The position numbers and the translations under genes were made by a program. Of a DNA stretch of 60,726 nt, positions 16,505 through 26,790 are shown piece after piece. Each line of letters opens with the position of its first letter. Position 1 is the stretch's first letter. The stretch is from a virus (taxonomy: Duplodnaviria; Caudoviricetes): positions 1 through 60,726 of IMG/VR virus record IMGVR_UViG_3300045131_000496, one strand, 5' to 3'. A model generated the notes under the pieces. The model did not search any database and was not told the origin of the DNA. It was given only the letters and a program-made list of their open reading frames with translations.

Positions 16505-18616
16505 ATGGTAATTAATAAACAAGAAATTATAGCTAATCTTAAAGCTGATTTGAAAAAAGCAGAGATCTTGAAAAAGGACATCGATGCTAAAATCGACTCA
16601 TGGAGTAGACAAGCAAATGGATTGCCCTACGGAAATGAAGAAGCAGGTAAGAGTGCTATTGTATCTAAAGATATTAAAAAGCAGACTGAATGGCAAATCC
16701 CTTCTATTATTGACCCATTTGTATCAGCACCACAGATTGTAAGATGCCTACCTATTACTTATGAAGATACTCTTGCAGCTAGGCAGAATGAGCTAGTTTT
16801 AAACACTCAGTTCTGTAGACAGTTTGACAGATATAACTTCATGAATAAAGCAATTAGGGTTTTAGAAAATGAAGGTACTGTAGTAGTACAAACAGGTTGG
16901 GATTATGAAGATGAAGAAATTGAAGTAGATGGTCAAGGTATTGAAGTAGATGAATATGGTATGGAGCATATTGTTCCTACTAAAGTAAAAGAACTTATTG
17001 TTAAAAAGAATAAGCCTACTGCTCGTATTTGTCGTAATGTTGATATCTATATTGATCCTACATGTCAAGATAATCTAGATAATGCACAATTCGTTATTTA
17101 TAGGTATGAATCTGATTTATCATCACTAAAGAAAGATGGTAGATATACTAACCTAGATAAGATTCAAACAGGTGGTGGAGATAATGTACTATACAGAGGT
17201 GATTATATCTCACCTGATAGAACATACTTTAGCTTTGCTGATAAGGCTAGAAAGAAGCTTATGGTGTATGAATACTGGGGTAACTATGATGTGGATGGTG
17301 ACGGTATTGCAGAAGCCATTGTATGTGCTTGGGTTGGTGATACTATCATCAGACTAGAAGAGAACCCATACCCTGATAAGAAACCTCCATTCCTAGTTGT
17401 ACCATTTAATAGTATTCCGTTCCAGATGCATGGTGAGTCTAATGCTGAACTAATCGGTGATAACCAGAAGGTTAAGACGGCTATTATTCGTGGTATTATC
17501 GATAATATGGCTCAATCTAACAATGGTCAGATCGGTGTACGTAAAGGTGTACTAGATGTAGTAAACAAGAAGAAGTTCTTACAAGGACGAAGCTTTGAGT
17601 TTAACGGTACTCCTAACGATTTCTGGCAAGGTAGTTATAACAATATTCCTGCTTCAGCATTTAATATGCTAGAGCTAATGAATAATGAGATTGAGAGTTT
17701 AACTGGTGTTAAATCCTTTAGCGGTGGTATCAATGGTAATTCACTAGGTTCATCAGCTACAGGCGCAAGGGGAGCCTTAGACGCTACCTCAGTTAGACGT
17801 ATGAACATTATTCGTAACATTAGCGAGAACCTAGTTAAACCGTTACTGCGTAAATGGATGTCATATAATGCAGCATTCCTACAACCAGAAGAAGTTATCC
17901 GTATTACAAATGAAGAGTTTGTACCTATTAAACGTGATGACTTACTAGGTAATGTAGACATTGATATTACTGTAGCTTCATTAGAAGATAACTCTGCTAA
18001 ATCACAAGAGTTAAGTTTCCTATTACAGACCCTAGGTAACAGTGTACCATTTGAGATTACACAACACCTAATGGGTGATATGCTAGAGCTTATGCGTATG
18101 CCTGAACAAGCTAAACGTATTAGAGAGTTCCAACCTCCTAAAGATGATATGCAAGAACAGATGAAGCAACTAGAGCTACAACGTATGCAGTTAGAACTAG
18201 CTAAACTACAATCTGAAATTGAACGTAATAAAGCTAAATCTGCAGAAGATCAAGTAGACGTAATCTTGAAGCAAAACAAAGCAGAACTAGAAGCAGCTAA
18301 GGCTAGGTTAACTAATAGTACAGCTGACCTTAAAGACATGGACTTCCTTCGTGCAGATGAAGGTATTGACCATCAGCAGAAGATGGCAGAGTTTAATGCT
18401 AAACAACAGGCTACACTAGACAGTAAAGCACTAGATGCTTACCACAGAAGTTTAGATAATGATAGAAAACATCAGTCTGATCTAGATAAATTAATGGTAC
18501 AGCTTGCACATCAGAACAAGCATAAAGAAGTAGACCACTTATCTAAACTAGATATGGCAGCCTTTGAAGCTATGCAACGTGACAAAGATAGGAAGCATAA
18601 AAATGGGTCTAATTGA
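16505..18616 (+). CDS. Portal protein (N4 gp59-like)
   Basis: IKKQTEW, ARQNELVLNTQF, YEYWGNYDVDGDG, IRLEENPYPDKKPPF, EIESLTGVKSFSGG and KSQELSFLLQTLG motifs of N4-type portals. Confidence 0.93.
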   Translation: MVINKQEIIANLKADLKKAEILKKDIDAKIDSWSRQANGLPYGNEEAGKSAIVSKDIKKQTEWQIPSIIDPFVSAPQIVRCLPITYEDTLAARQNELVLNTQFCRQFDRYNFMNKAIRVLENEGTVVVQTGWDYEDEEIEVDGQGIEVDEYGMEHIVPTKVKELIVKKNKPTARICRNVDIYIDPTCQDNLDNAQFVIYRYESDLSSLKKDGRYTNLDKIQTGGGDNVLYRGDYISPDRTYFSFADKARKKLMVYEYWGNYDVDGDGIAEAIVCAWVGDTIIRLEENPYPDKKPPFLVVPFNSIPFQMHGESNAELIGDNQKVKTAIIRGIIDNMAQSNNGQIGVRKGVLDVVNKKKFLQGRSFEFNGTPNDFWQGSYNNIPASAFNMLELMNNEIESLTGVKSFSGGINGNSLGSSATGARGALDATSVRRMNIIRNISENLVKPLLRKWMSYNAAFLQPEEVIRITNEEFVPIKRDDLLGNVDIDITVASLEDNSAKSQELSFLLQTLGNSVPFEITQHLMGDMLELMRMPEQAKRIREFQPPKDDMQEQMKQLELQRMQLELAKLQSEIERNKAKSAEDQVDVILKQNKAELEAAKARLTNSTADLKDMDFLRADEGIDHQQKMAEFNAKQQATLDSKALDAYHRSLDNDRKHQSDLDKLMVQLAHQNKHKEVDHLSKLDMAAFEAMQRDKDRKHKNGSN

Positions 18617-18842
18617 TAACCTAGTTAACAAACAGAAAGAACAACAAGCTGTACAGCAAGTTAAACTAGCTGAGAACTTAATTAATTCAGCTAGACAACA
18701 GCAACAACAAATTCAACGTCCTGTATACCCAGTACAGGATAGCCTCGCATATGCAGTAAATAGAGACTACAATCAACCTTATTTAACTGGTCCTCTAGTT
18801 ACTGCACCTAATCAACAACAAACAGGATATTACTATGGATGA
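18603..18842 (+). CDS. Gln-rich hypothetical protein (start revised to 18603)
   Basis: AGGAAG RBS before ATG 18603; contains QDSLAYA. Confidence 0.6.
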   Translation: MGLIDNLVNKQKEQQAVQQVKLAENLINSARQQQQQIQRPVYPVQDSLAYAVNRDYNQPYLTGPLVTAPNQQQTGYYYG

Positions 18843-19137
18843 GTCTTTAGCAGGAATGGCACAATCAGGTGGTCAACAACAAGGACAAATGCCTACTGTA
18901 CAGCAGGTTGTACAAGCACTAATGCAAGGAGCTACCCCTGAACAGTTAATGCAAGCAGGTGTACCTAAAGAGCTTATTGAACAGGCTATTGCTTTGTTAC
19001 AACAAGCTATGGCAGAACAACAAGCAAGCGGTCAACCACCACAACAAGGTGGAGCACCAGTACAACCTAGTCAACCAATGTCTCCACGTCCAGCAGGTAA
19101 TCCAGCTAGGGGCGAGAGTCTAGCAGCTATGGGGTGA
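18835..19137 (+). CDS. Gln/Pro-rich hypothetical protein
   Basis: AGGA RBS; begins MDESLAGM and ends GESLAAMG. Confidence 0.65.
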   Translation: MDESLAGMAQSGGQQQGQMPTVQQVVQALMQGATPEQLMQAGVPKELIEQAIALLQQAMAEQQASGQPPQQGGAPVQPSQPMSPRPAGNPARGESLAAMG

Positions 19138-19141
19138 TAAC

Positions 19142-19294
19142 ATGGATGAAAGTCTAGCTAATATGTCACCAACTACTAACACTTACGAAGGTAGTAAAGA
19201 CCAACAGAATACAAAGCACTTTTACGACAAGAGTACTATTAAGAATAGCCCTAAAGTAAAAAGTAAACCACGTAAAGTAACAAAGGATAAGTGA
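19142..19294 (+). CDS. 50-aa basic protein (not in ORF track)
   Basis: MDESLANMSPTTNTYEGSKDQQNTKHFYDKSTIKNSPKVKSKPRKVTKDK; GGGGTG RBS; same N-terminus as the upstream ORF. Confidence 0.65.
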   Translation: MDESLANMSPTTNTYEGSKDQQNTKHFYDKSTIKNSPKVKSKPRKVTKDK

Positions 19295-19366
19295 AGTGTG
19301 TAAGAAAAAAGTTAAAAAGTAAGTACTTACTGCTATTTAAGTATTGTGTTTATATTACTAAATACT

Positions 19367-19372
19367 TATAAT
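19367..19372 (+). promoter_or_regulatory. Putative -10 box TATAAT for the head operon
   Basis: AT-rich gap upstream of ORF 19443 (GAGGA RBS). Confidence 0.45.
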
Positions 19373-19442
19373 AATGTTATAGACTATTACAATTAAGTCT
19401 TTAAACAACTTGTATTATTAATTAAATTAGAGGAATCATAAA

Positions 19443-19724
19443 ATGATTAACCCAGTAGATCGTGCAAATCCAGAATATGCAACTAAGGTATTAGAAGCTT
19501 TTGAGCGTTTACAAAATAACGAAGATTACAAATTGGTAATTGTTAATGGATACTGTAAAGATGAAGCATTACGTTTAGCTTCTTTGCTGTCTAACGATTA
19601 CTTAATCAGTCAAGGTAAACGTCAACTAGTTATGGAAGGTTTAACTTCTATTAGTTACTTTGATCAATACTTACGTGATATTGAAGGCTTACGTCCTGCT
19701 CCTGATGACGATTCAGAAGAATAA
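19443..19724 (+). CDS. N4 gp58-like protein
   Basis: ERLQNNEDYKLVIVNGYCKDEALRL pattern and position between portal and gp57-like. Confidence 0.65.
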   Translation: MINPVDRANPEYATKVLEAFERLQNNEDYKLVIVNGYCKDEALRLASLLSNDYLISQGKRQLVMEGLTSISYFDQYLRDIEGLRPAPDDDSEE

Positions 19725-19734
19725 GGAGACGTAA

Positions 19735-20865
19735 ATGGAAGACCTATACTCGCTCTCAGACGAAGAGTTAGAAAAAGCTTTTAGAGAAGTACGAGCTACT
19801 GAGGATGTTCAGTCAGCTACTTTAGATAATAGTACAGAACAATCAACCACTCAGCATGAAGTTGATGATGTACAAGAACATACCTCCAGCTATGATGCTG
19901 GGGGTGCTGATGTAGGACAACTTGAAGGTAATCAAGATCCTAATCAGGATGAAGGTGAAGCAGACAATAGCGACCAAGCTACTAGGCAGTCAGCACAAGA
20001 TATGCAACAACCTCAAACGATGCAAACTAGACGGGTTAAAGCATTAGGACAAGAGTTCGAGTTTAGTGAACAGGAAATGATTGAGAAGTTCCCACAGGCG
20101 TTCTCTCAAGCCATGGACTACACTAAGAAGATGCAAGCAATCAAACCTTACCGTAAGATTGTAGATGCTATTCAACAAGAAGGATTGTCACAAGATGACG
20201 TTAACCTAGCTATTGATGCGTTGAAGGGTAACAAAGATGCTATGGCAGTATTAATGAAGCGTAATAATCTAGATGCTTTAGATATTGATACTGAGAAAGC
20301 TGAAAGTTACAGACCTTCTGATTACGGTCGGCATGAGTCTGTTATTGCTATTACAGATGTAGTAAATGAAATTAAAGATGACCCTGAATACCCTAGAACT
20401 TTTAAGGTATTAAACGATCAATGGGATTCAAATTCTTGGGATGCAATTTCTAAGAACCCTAAAATGATTAAGGGTTTACATACAGACATTAAGTCTGGTT
20501 TGTTTGATGTACTAGCTCCAGTTGCTGAAAAGATGAAAGTCTATGACGAATGGAATGGTGTATCTAAAAAATCTGATTTACAGTACTACTGGGCAGCAGC
20601 AGATCAATACCGAGAATACCAGTATATGCAGTCTCAACAAGCACAACAGCATGCTTCGGTTCAGTCTCAACAACAGCAGGTACAACAGGTTAAACAACAA
20701 TCTGCTAATAGACAAGCCGCACAACAGCAAGCAAGTGTACGTAAAGCTGCAGCTCCTACATCCGCTAGTATCAACGGAAATGGGAAAAAAGGTCCTGTAA
20801 ACTACTTAGAGATGTCTGATGATGAGTTTGAACAAATTTATCGTGAGCAAATGAGTAGGGCGTAG
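19735..20865 (+). CDS. N4 gp57-like protein (scaffold-like; often annotated tape measure)
   Basis: Acidic N-terminus; MDYTKKMQAIKPYRK..LAIDALKGNKDA; C-terminal LEMSDDEFE; directly upstream of the capsid gene. Confidence 0.75.
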   Translation: MEDLYSLSDEELEKAFREVRATEDVQSATLDNSTEQSTTQHEVDDVQEHTSSYDAGGADVGQLEGNQDPNQDEGEADNSDQATRQSAQDMQQPQTMQTRRVKALGQEFEFSEQEMIEKFPQAFSQAMDYTKKMQAIKPYRKIVDAIQQEGLSQDDVNLAIDALKGNKDAMAVLMKRNNLDALDIDTEKAESYRPSDYGRHESVIAITDVVNEIKDDPEYPRTFKVLNDQWDSNSWDAISKNPKMIKGLHTDIKSGLFDVLAPVAEKMKVYDEWNGVSKKSDLQYYWAAADQYREYQYMQSQQAQQHASVQSQQQQVQQVKQQSANRQAAQQQASVRKAAAPTSASINGNGKKGPVNYLEMSDDEFEQIYREQMSRA

Positions 20866-20900
20866 GGTGTTAAGTTTATTTAATTTTTAAAGGTAAAGAT

Positions 20901-22154
20901 ATGTCTACTCTAAATTTAGGTCCTGCTAATAACTTCTACGGTGACGGTATTAACTCGTCAGCTGGTGAAAATACGGTACGTCATTATTATGATCGTGTAG
21001 GTATTCGTGCAGCTACTGCAAAAAACGTATATGGTCAGTTTGCTTCTCGTAAAGAGATGCCTAAGAACTCAGGTAAAGAATTTAAAATTTCTAAATTCTT
21101 GAATGGCTATGACCGTAAATTGTCTGATGCTGATTTTGCTAAGTACGGCTATATGACTGGTCGTAGTTTAGCTGACTACCAAGCTACTCTAGCTTCTGCA
21201 GTTGCTTTGACTGAAGGTGCTGGTGCAGTTAATAAGCGTAAACTAGAGAAAATCACTGTATCTACTAAACTAGCTCGCTATGGCGAGATGTTAGAATATA
21301 CTGATGAAGTTGATATGTTCTCAGAAGACGTTATGCAAACTCGTTACCATGAGTTCATGGGTAACTTAGCTAACGAACGTAATGAATCATTGATTCAAAT
21401 GGACATGTTGGCTACTCCTACAGTAATGTTTACTGGTGGTGCTACTGCTCGTACACAAATCGGTCAAGATGCTGGTGCTACTGGTACATTCGATTCTAAG
21501 TACAAAGTAAGCTGGGATTTGATTCGTCAAGCTACTCGTCGTCTTGTAGCTAACCGTGCTAAGAAAAACACTGAAATCGTAACTGGTACAGTTAAGATTG
21601 ATACCCGTACTATTGCTCCTGCATACTACGCTATCATCGGTGCTGATGTTAAAGCTGACTTAGAAAACGTAGTACGTGGTACTGTAGCAGCTAACGGTAA
21701 AACGGATAACGTATGGATTCCTTCACATCAATATGCTTCTGGTACTACCTTAGCAGAAGGTGAAGTAGGTTTAATTCATGAAGTACGTTTCATCGAAGCT
21801 GAGTCTGCATTCGCTTACCGTGGTAACGGTGCTGCTGTTCCAGCTGGTTATACTGGTACATTGTCTTACACTACTTTTGCTAACAATGCTGACGCTGTTG
21901 TTGCTCGTGGTGCAGGTGCTACGGCTGGTTCATACTTTGACGTATTCCCAATCCTATTCCCTACTCAAGACGCATTTGCTACTGTAGGTTTGAAAGGTGT
22001 TGGTAAGATCACGTTCAACTCTAAGCCACCTAGTGATGTAAGTATCATTAACCCTTATGGTACACAAGGCTTCTTCAGCTACAACTTCTTCTATGCTGGC
22101 ATCATTTTGGAGCCAGAGCGTTTGTTGAAACTAGAAGTAGGTGCTAGTCGATAA
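20901..22154 (+). CDS. Major capsid protein (N4 gp56-like)
   Basis: MPKNSGKEFK, LTEGAGAVNK, IDTRTI, YASGTTLAEGEVG, DVFPILF, NPYGTQGFFS motifs; strong codon bias. Confidence 0.93.
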   Translation: MSTLNLGPANNFYGDGINSSAGENTVRHYYDRVGIRAATAKNVYGQFASRKEMPKNSGKEFKISKFLNGYDRKLSDADFAKYGYMTGRSLADYQATLASAVALTEGAGAVNKRKLEKITVSTKLARYGEMLEYTDEVDMFSEDVMQTRYHEFMGNLANERNESLIQMDMLATPTVMFTGGATARTQIGQDAGATGTFDSKYKVSWDLIRQATRRLVANRAKKNTEIVTGTVKIDTRTIAPAYYAIIGADVKADLENVVRGTVAANGKTDNVWIPSHQYASGTTLAEGEVGLIHEVRFIEAESAFAYRGNGAAVPAGYTGTLSYTTFANNADAVVARGAGATAGSYFDVFPILFPTQDAFATVGLKGVGKITFNSKPPSDVSIINPYGTQGFFSYNFFYAGIILEPERLLKLEVGASR

Positions 22155-22160
22155 CTAGTT

Positions 22161-22211
22161 CCTTATACTGTAGATACCCTTTGATTATTCAGAGGGTATT
22201 TACTTATAAGG
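22161..22211 (+). terminator. Terminator-like long hairpin after the capsid gene
   Basis: ATACCCTTTGA-TTAT-TCAGAGGGTAT core with outer CCTTATA/TATAAGG arms. Confidence 0.65.
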
Positions 22212-22271
22212 TAGTTCCAAGTATTATATATGTATTAACAACCAAATAAGCAACCCAAGAGGACTTACGTA

Positions 22272-22754
22272 ATGAGTAAATTAGACGAATTAAAAGCTGA
22301 AGCTACTGAACTAGGTATTACATTCAGTGGTAACATTGGCGAAGAAGCACTACAGAAAAAGATCAACGATCATATGGATGCTCGTGGAGAAGCTGCAGCA
22401 CAAGTAGTAATGCAGTCAGTAGAGGTAGTACCTTCTACAGATAAAGATAAGCTAGAATTAGAGTGGCGTAAAATCGTTAAGAAACGAGAAGAAGAAGCCA
22501 ACAAAGAAGTAATGGTAGTAATCGTAGATAATGATCCACGAGAAAACCATTTAACAACCTCAGTTACCGTAACTTCAGGTAATGCAGAATTTACACTAGG
22601 TACATGGGTGTATCCTTTAAATAGTCCTACTATGATCAAACAAGGTCATCTAGATGTACTTAAAGATGTTACTATTCCTATGCATGTACTAGATAACGCA
22701 TCAGGGCAAGCACATGCCGTTATGCGTAAACGTTATTCAATCTCTAATCAATAA
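22272..22754 (+). CDS. N4 gp55-like protein
   Basis: LKAEATELGITFSGNIGEEALQKKI N-terminus; position after the capsid gene. Confidence 0.7.
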   Translation: MSKLDELKAEATELGITFSGNIGEEALQKKINDHMDARGEAAAQVVMQSVEVVPSTDKDKLELEWRKIVKKREEEANKEVMVVIVDNDPRENHLTTSVTVTSGNAEFTLGTWVYPLNSPTMIKQGHLDVLKDVTIPMHVLDNASGQAHAVMRKRYSISNQ

Positions 22755-22762
22755 GAAATGTT

Positions 22763-23125
22763 ATGGCTGCGGTACGAAGACTATATATAACTAGAGATGC
22801 TACTAATGAGTACATTTTTACTGTTAAAAAGTCTGGTAGTTCTGCAGCTATTACTATTAATTCTTCTGATGTTTTTAGAGCTAAGCTTGTAAACATATCT
22901 TCACTAGATATTATAGCCTTAGAAAAAGAACTTACCGTAGTATCTGCTGCAGAAGGGGTAGTTAAATTAACTATTACTCCTGGTGAAGCTAATACCTTAA
23001 CCTATGAACTAGGTGCTAAAGAAGATTATTACTACCCTAAAGCTGTTTACAGGCTTATCATGGTGTATGATACTGTAGATAATGGTCCGATGGTTGTTAA
23101 TGTAGGAAAAGTATATGTCAAATGA
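22763..23125 (+). CDS. Small tail/fibre adaptor-like protein
   Basis: AAEGVVKLTITPGEA..YRL..GKVYV beta-sandwich pattern; overlaps the fibre gene start. Confidence 0.5.
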   Translation: MAAVRRLYITRDATNEYIFTVKKSGSSAAITINSSDVFRAKLVNISSLDIIALEKELTVVSAAEGVVKLTITPGEANTLTYELGAKEDYYYPKAVYRLIMVYDTVDNGPMVVNVGKVYVK

Positions 23126-26100
23126 CTTACCTGTTATTACTAATGAGTACACCCTAGTTAATGATGACGTATATCTAGGTAGCACAGGCTTACCTGCAAT
23201 AGTTCAAAGTCAAATAGTTGACCTAGTTACGAATGCTTTTGGTAGTAAATTTGCAGGTATAGATACACTCTCTGGTAACTTACTTACTGCATTAGATAGT
23301 TTGCAAGTGGCAGAAAATACGTATGCTAAATTTATAGTAGATAGGCAGACTGACTATGATTCTATGGTTGCTACTTATGAAACTTGGAATGCTACATTTG
23401 CAAGTAACAGTGCGACAATACAAAAATTAGACTTTGCGTATGCTAATATAAATAGTGTAATAGCTGGTTCATTAGAGGCTTATAAGGCAGAGTTTAATAA
23501 TAAAATTAAGTCTGAAGTAGACATGGCTAAATTAGCTTATGCTTCAAGCATAGGGGCTTTAGCTACTTCTATCGATAGTTTAAGTTCCGTATGGGAATCT
23601 CAAGACGGTAGGATAGACGGTTATGCTAATGCAACACAGACTATCTCCACCTACATAGGGTATGATCCAACAGCGTCAAACAGGACGTTGGCTGAATCTA
23701 TGTTCTCATATAATAGTACACTTAAACTAGGTGAGTACTACTACGATACAGGGTTTGGTTTAAAATCTTCAATCAAACTTAGCGGTAAGGGTACAGCTAA
23801 AGAGCCGTTCTCTTCTGAGTTTTGGATAAAAGCAAACTCATTTAAGCTAGTTGACCCAGATAATAACAACCATTCTCCGTTCTACGTTGATAATGGGGTT
23901 GTTTACTTACAAAACGTTGTTATAGGTAACACTTCAGATGCTATAGCAGATAGAGTACAGTGGAACTCTAATACACAGTACCGCAAGTTAGATAAAGTAA
24001 AATACAATGGTTTGAATTACGTAGTAAGTGTAGACCATGTTAGCTCATCTACATTTGACAAAAGTAAAGTAAGACCAGATTTTGTTCCTAGAGGATCTAC
24101 TGGTGTTACAGTATCCATGGCAGTAGATACCCCACTAGTTATCGAGTACAACAAAGACGGCAGTATTACAGACAATACTATTACAAATGTCACCTATACC
24201 GCAAGTACAGTAGGGTACGTAGGCACTGTGTACTACGAATGGTATGTAAATGAGGTGTACAATTCTACTACAACAACTAACACATTAAGTTTGGTTGTAC
24301 CTAGTAGTTTTAAATCGTCTATAGGAAAGGTACGAGTATATGCTAAAACTGTACAAGATCAACTACCTGCTAAGAAGTACTACTTAGGGTATGAAGAGTT
24401 AAACGTAACAGGGTATAGAGAAGGAAGTACAGATTACTCTATTGTTTGGGATAACGGCACTAACTCAGTATCAGCAAGCGCTGCTGGAGAAGTAGAACCT
24501 AGTGGATATACAGGTACAGGGGTTAGGGTATCAGTATTTCACGATTCTAGTTACCTTACCCCAGAAATAACCTCTGATGGTGTACCTACACAGGCTAACC
24601 ATTTTTCAGTAAAATATGCAGTTAAAACAGGTAATGTAACCATAGGTACTCGATCTATAGTAGGTAACGAAATAGTATATAGTGACATAGCTAACTTAAC
24701 TACTAACTCATGCATTGTAATTTATACTATTACTGTTAAAGATTCTGACGGTGATTTACTAACGTTTGACAGACAACAAACTATTGTAAAGTCAAAAACA
24801 TCTAGGAGTACTTTAAAATCTACTGTATTCGCTAGAACTAAACTAGAGACATTGCCTGTACCTACTGGAGGTAATTTTAAGTCACCTATCCCTACATCCG
24901 TAAACAGTGACGGTAGTGTATGGAGGGGTGGTATTCCTGACGGCAAAAAACCATTATGGAGCTGTACTAGAATTTTTACTGATGATGGTTTAGGTACTCA
25001 ACAAGAAGTGTGGACTACTCCACAGCTTATTGCTAACACTCTACAAAGTAAAACACAGTTTAGTGTAAATGGGGCTAATGGATGGCATGATACAGCTAGT
25101 TCAGGTGATTACTTCATGCGTACTTGTACTAGCGATGACGGAGGTGAAAGTTGGTCCTGCAACAGTGCAGTTAAGGTTAAAGGTGAAGATGGGTCAGATG
25201 GGGCACCAGGAGCTAACGGTAAGAGCGTATCTACCGGTTTTGTATACTGGACCAGTACAACTACCACACCTAGCAGTAAGCCTAGTTCAGGGTCATATAA
25301 CCCGACTACAGGTGTAGTTACTGCTTCCGTAGGTTGGAATATGGAACCTCCTACAGTAACGGCAGGAGCTACACAAGCAAGCATTTACTACTCTGCGTAT
25401 ACTGTGCTTGAACAAGATGACGGTTCATTCTACGTTACGTTCAAAGATCTTAAAAAAGGTACAGAGTTTAGCGGGTTGGTTACATTTACTTCTGCTGACG
25501 ATAGGTACGCTGATAAGAACTTAGCCGGTGTTACTACTATTGATGGTGATAAAGTAATAACAAACCATATTACGTTAGGTACTAATGGGCAGATAAAGTC
25601 TAATAATTTTGTCTCAGGTTCTGCTGGTTGGTGTATTAAAGGTAACGGAGATATTGCTGAGTTTAAAGACGTAAAAATTTACGGAAACATAATAGACTCT
25701 GATACTGACCCTAGATTTATGTTAGGTGATGGCGGTAGGTTTTTAACTGCAGCAAGTATACATGCAGGTGTACCTTCAGGAGACGTAAAGTTAAAAATAG
25801 ATAGTAATGCAAATATACGGTTAAATTCAGACGGTACGGCTAGATTTACTAAGCATTTAAATGTAGGCCCTAAGGGAGCCTTTTATGCTTCAAAAGAGGG
25901 CACTATAGGGTGTATGTATTGGACCAGTAGCACACAAGAACTGAAACCTTATGGTACTAGTGGTACATATAATCTAGGGTCACCTAGTAACCAATGGGGC
26001 ACAGTGTTTGCTGATACTTCTTCTATTAGTACTTCAGACGCACGTAAAAAAACAGATATAAATGCATTAAACAGTAATGAGTTGAAGGCTTCTATACAGC

Positions 26101-26381
26101 TATCTAAAGAATTTGGTACATTCCAGTTCTTAAATGCTATTAAAGATAAAGGTAGTAACGCTAGATTGCATATCGGTATGACAGTACAGCGAGCTATTGA
26201 AATAATGAAAGATAATCACCTAGATCCATTTGCTTATGGTTTTATATGCTATGATGAAGCTGGTGTAGATGAGTTAGGTAATAACTACCCTGACAGCTAT
26301 GGATTTAGGTATGAAGAACTTCTAGCGTTTATATCTATAGGGTTTGAGGCTAGATTAACACAACTAGAAAAAGGTATTTAA
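23115..26381 (+). CDS. Tail spike/fibre with TipJ/DUF1983-like segment and C-terminal peptidase S74 chaperone
   Basis: SEFWIKANSFKLVDP..PFYVDNGVVYL; WNSNTQYRKLDKVKYNG carbohydrate-binding-like repeat; collagen-like GEDGSDGAPGANG; TSDARKKTDI...YGFRYEELLAFI. Confidence 0.8.
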   Translation: MSNDLPVITNEYTLVNDDVYLGSTGLPAIVQSQIVDLVTNAFGSKFAGIDTLSGNLLTALDSLQVAENTYAKFIVDRQTDYDSMVATYETWNATFASNSATIQKLDFAYANINSVIAGSLEAYKAEFNNKIKSEVDMAKLAYASSIGALATSIDSLSSVWESQDGRIDGYANATQTISTYIGYDPTASNRTLAESMFSYNSTLKLGEYYYDTGFGLKSSIKLSGKGTAKEPFSSEFWIKANSFKLVDPDNNNHSPFYVDNGVVYLQNVVIGNTSDAIADRVQWNSNTQYRKLDKVKYNGLNYVVSVDHVSSSTFDKSKVRPDFVPRGSTGVTVSMAVDTPLVIEYNKDGSITDNTITNVTYTASTVGYVGTVYYEWYVNEVYNSTTTTNTLSLVVPSSFKSSIGKVRVYAKTVQDQLPAKKYYLGYEELNVTGYREGSTDYSIVWDNGTNSVSASAAGEVEPSGYTGTGVRVSVFHDSSYLTPEITSDGVPTQANHFSVKYAVKTGNVTIGTRSIVGNEIVYSDIANLTTNSCIVIYTITVKDSDGDLLTFDRQQTIVKSKTSRSTLKSTVFARTKLETLPVPTGGNFKSPIPTSVNSDGSVWRGGIPDGKKPLWSCTRIFTDDGLGTQQEVWTTPQLIANTLQSKTQFSVNGANGWHDTASSGDYFMRTCTSDDGGESWSCNSAVKVKGEDGSDGAPGANGKSVSTGFVYWTSTTTTPSSKPSSGSYNPTTGVVTASVGWNMEPPTVTAGATQASIYYSAYTVLEQDDGSFYVTFKDLKKGTEFSGLVTFTSADDRYADKNLAGVTTIDGDKVITNHITLGTNGQIKSNNFVSGSAGWCIKGNGDIAEFKDVKIYGNIIDSDTDPRFMLGDGGRFLTAASIHAGVPSGDVKLKIDSNANIRLNSDGTARFTKHLNVGPKGAFYASKEGTIGCMYWTSSTQELKPYGTSGTYNLGSPSNQWGTVFADTSSISTSDARKKTDINALNSNELKASIQLSKEFGTFQFLNAIKDKGSNARLHIGMTVQRAIEIMKDNHLDPFAYGFICYDEAGVDELGNNYPDSYGFRYEELLAFISIGFEARLTQLEKGI

Positions 26382-26383
26382 TT

Positions 26384-26788
26384 ATGGCTAGTACTACTAC
26401 CACAGAAACTACTAAACTAGTAGGGTTTGAAAACGTTACTAAAGGTAAAGTTGAAAATAATGAGTGGACAGGTGATGGTATTTTTGACACCTTAATGTAT
26501 GCTGCTAATAAGAACATCGAAATCCAATTCAACAAAGGTAGGATTGTAGGTAAGGAATACGCAGAGGCTTATACTGATGTAATGAATACTATTATTACAC
26601 AAGCTATTCAGTACTACTTACAGAAAGATGGTCAAGATGAACAAGCAGCCCTAACGTATGCACAACGAGTTAAAGTAGATAAAGAAACTGCTATGTTAGG
26701 TATGGATACTGTTATGAAACAGTCCGAAGAAAGTAAGGCAAATGATCCTACATTCGTATACAAACCAAGATATGTTAAAGGAGTATAG
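26384..26788 (+). CDS. N4 gp54-like virion protein (short)
   Basis: TGDGIFDTLM..IQFNKGRIVGKEYAEAY matches the gp54 N-terminal motif. Confidence 0.7.
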   Translation: MASTTTTETTKLVGFENVTKGKVENNEWTGDGIFDTLMYAANKNIEIQFNKGRIVGKEYAEAYTDVMNTIITQAIQYYLQKDGQDEQAALTYAQRVKVDKETAMLGMDTVMKQSEESKANDPTFVYKPRYVKGV

Positions 26789-26790
26789 TA

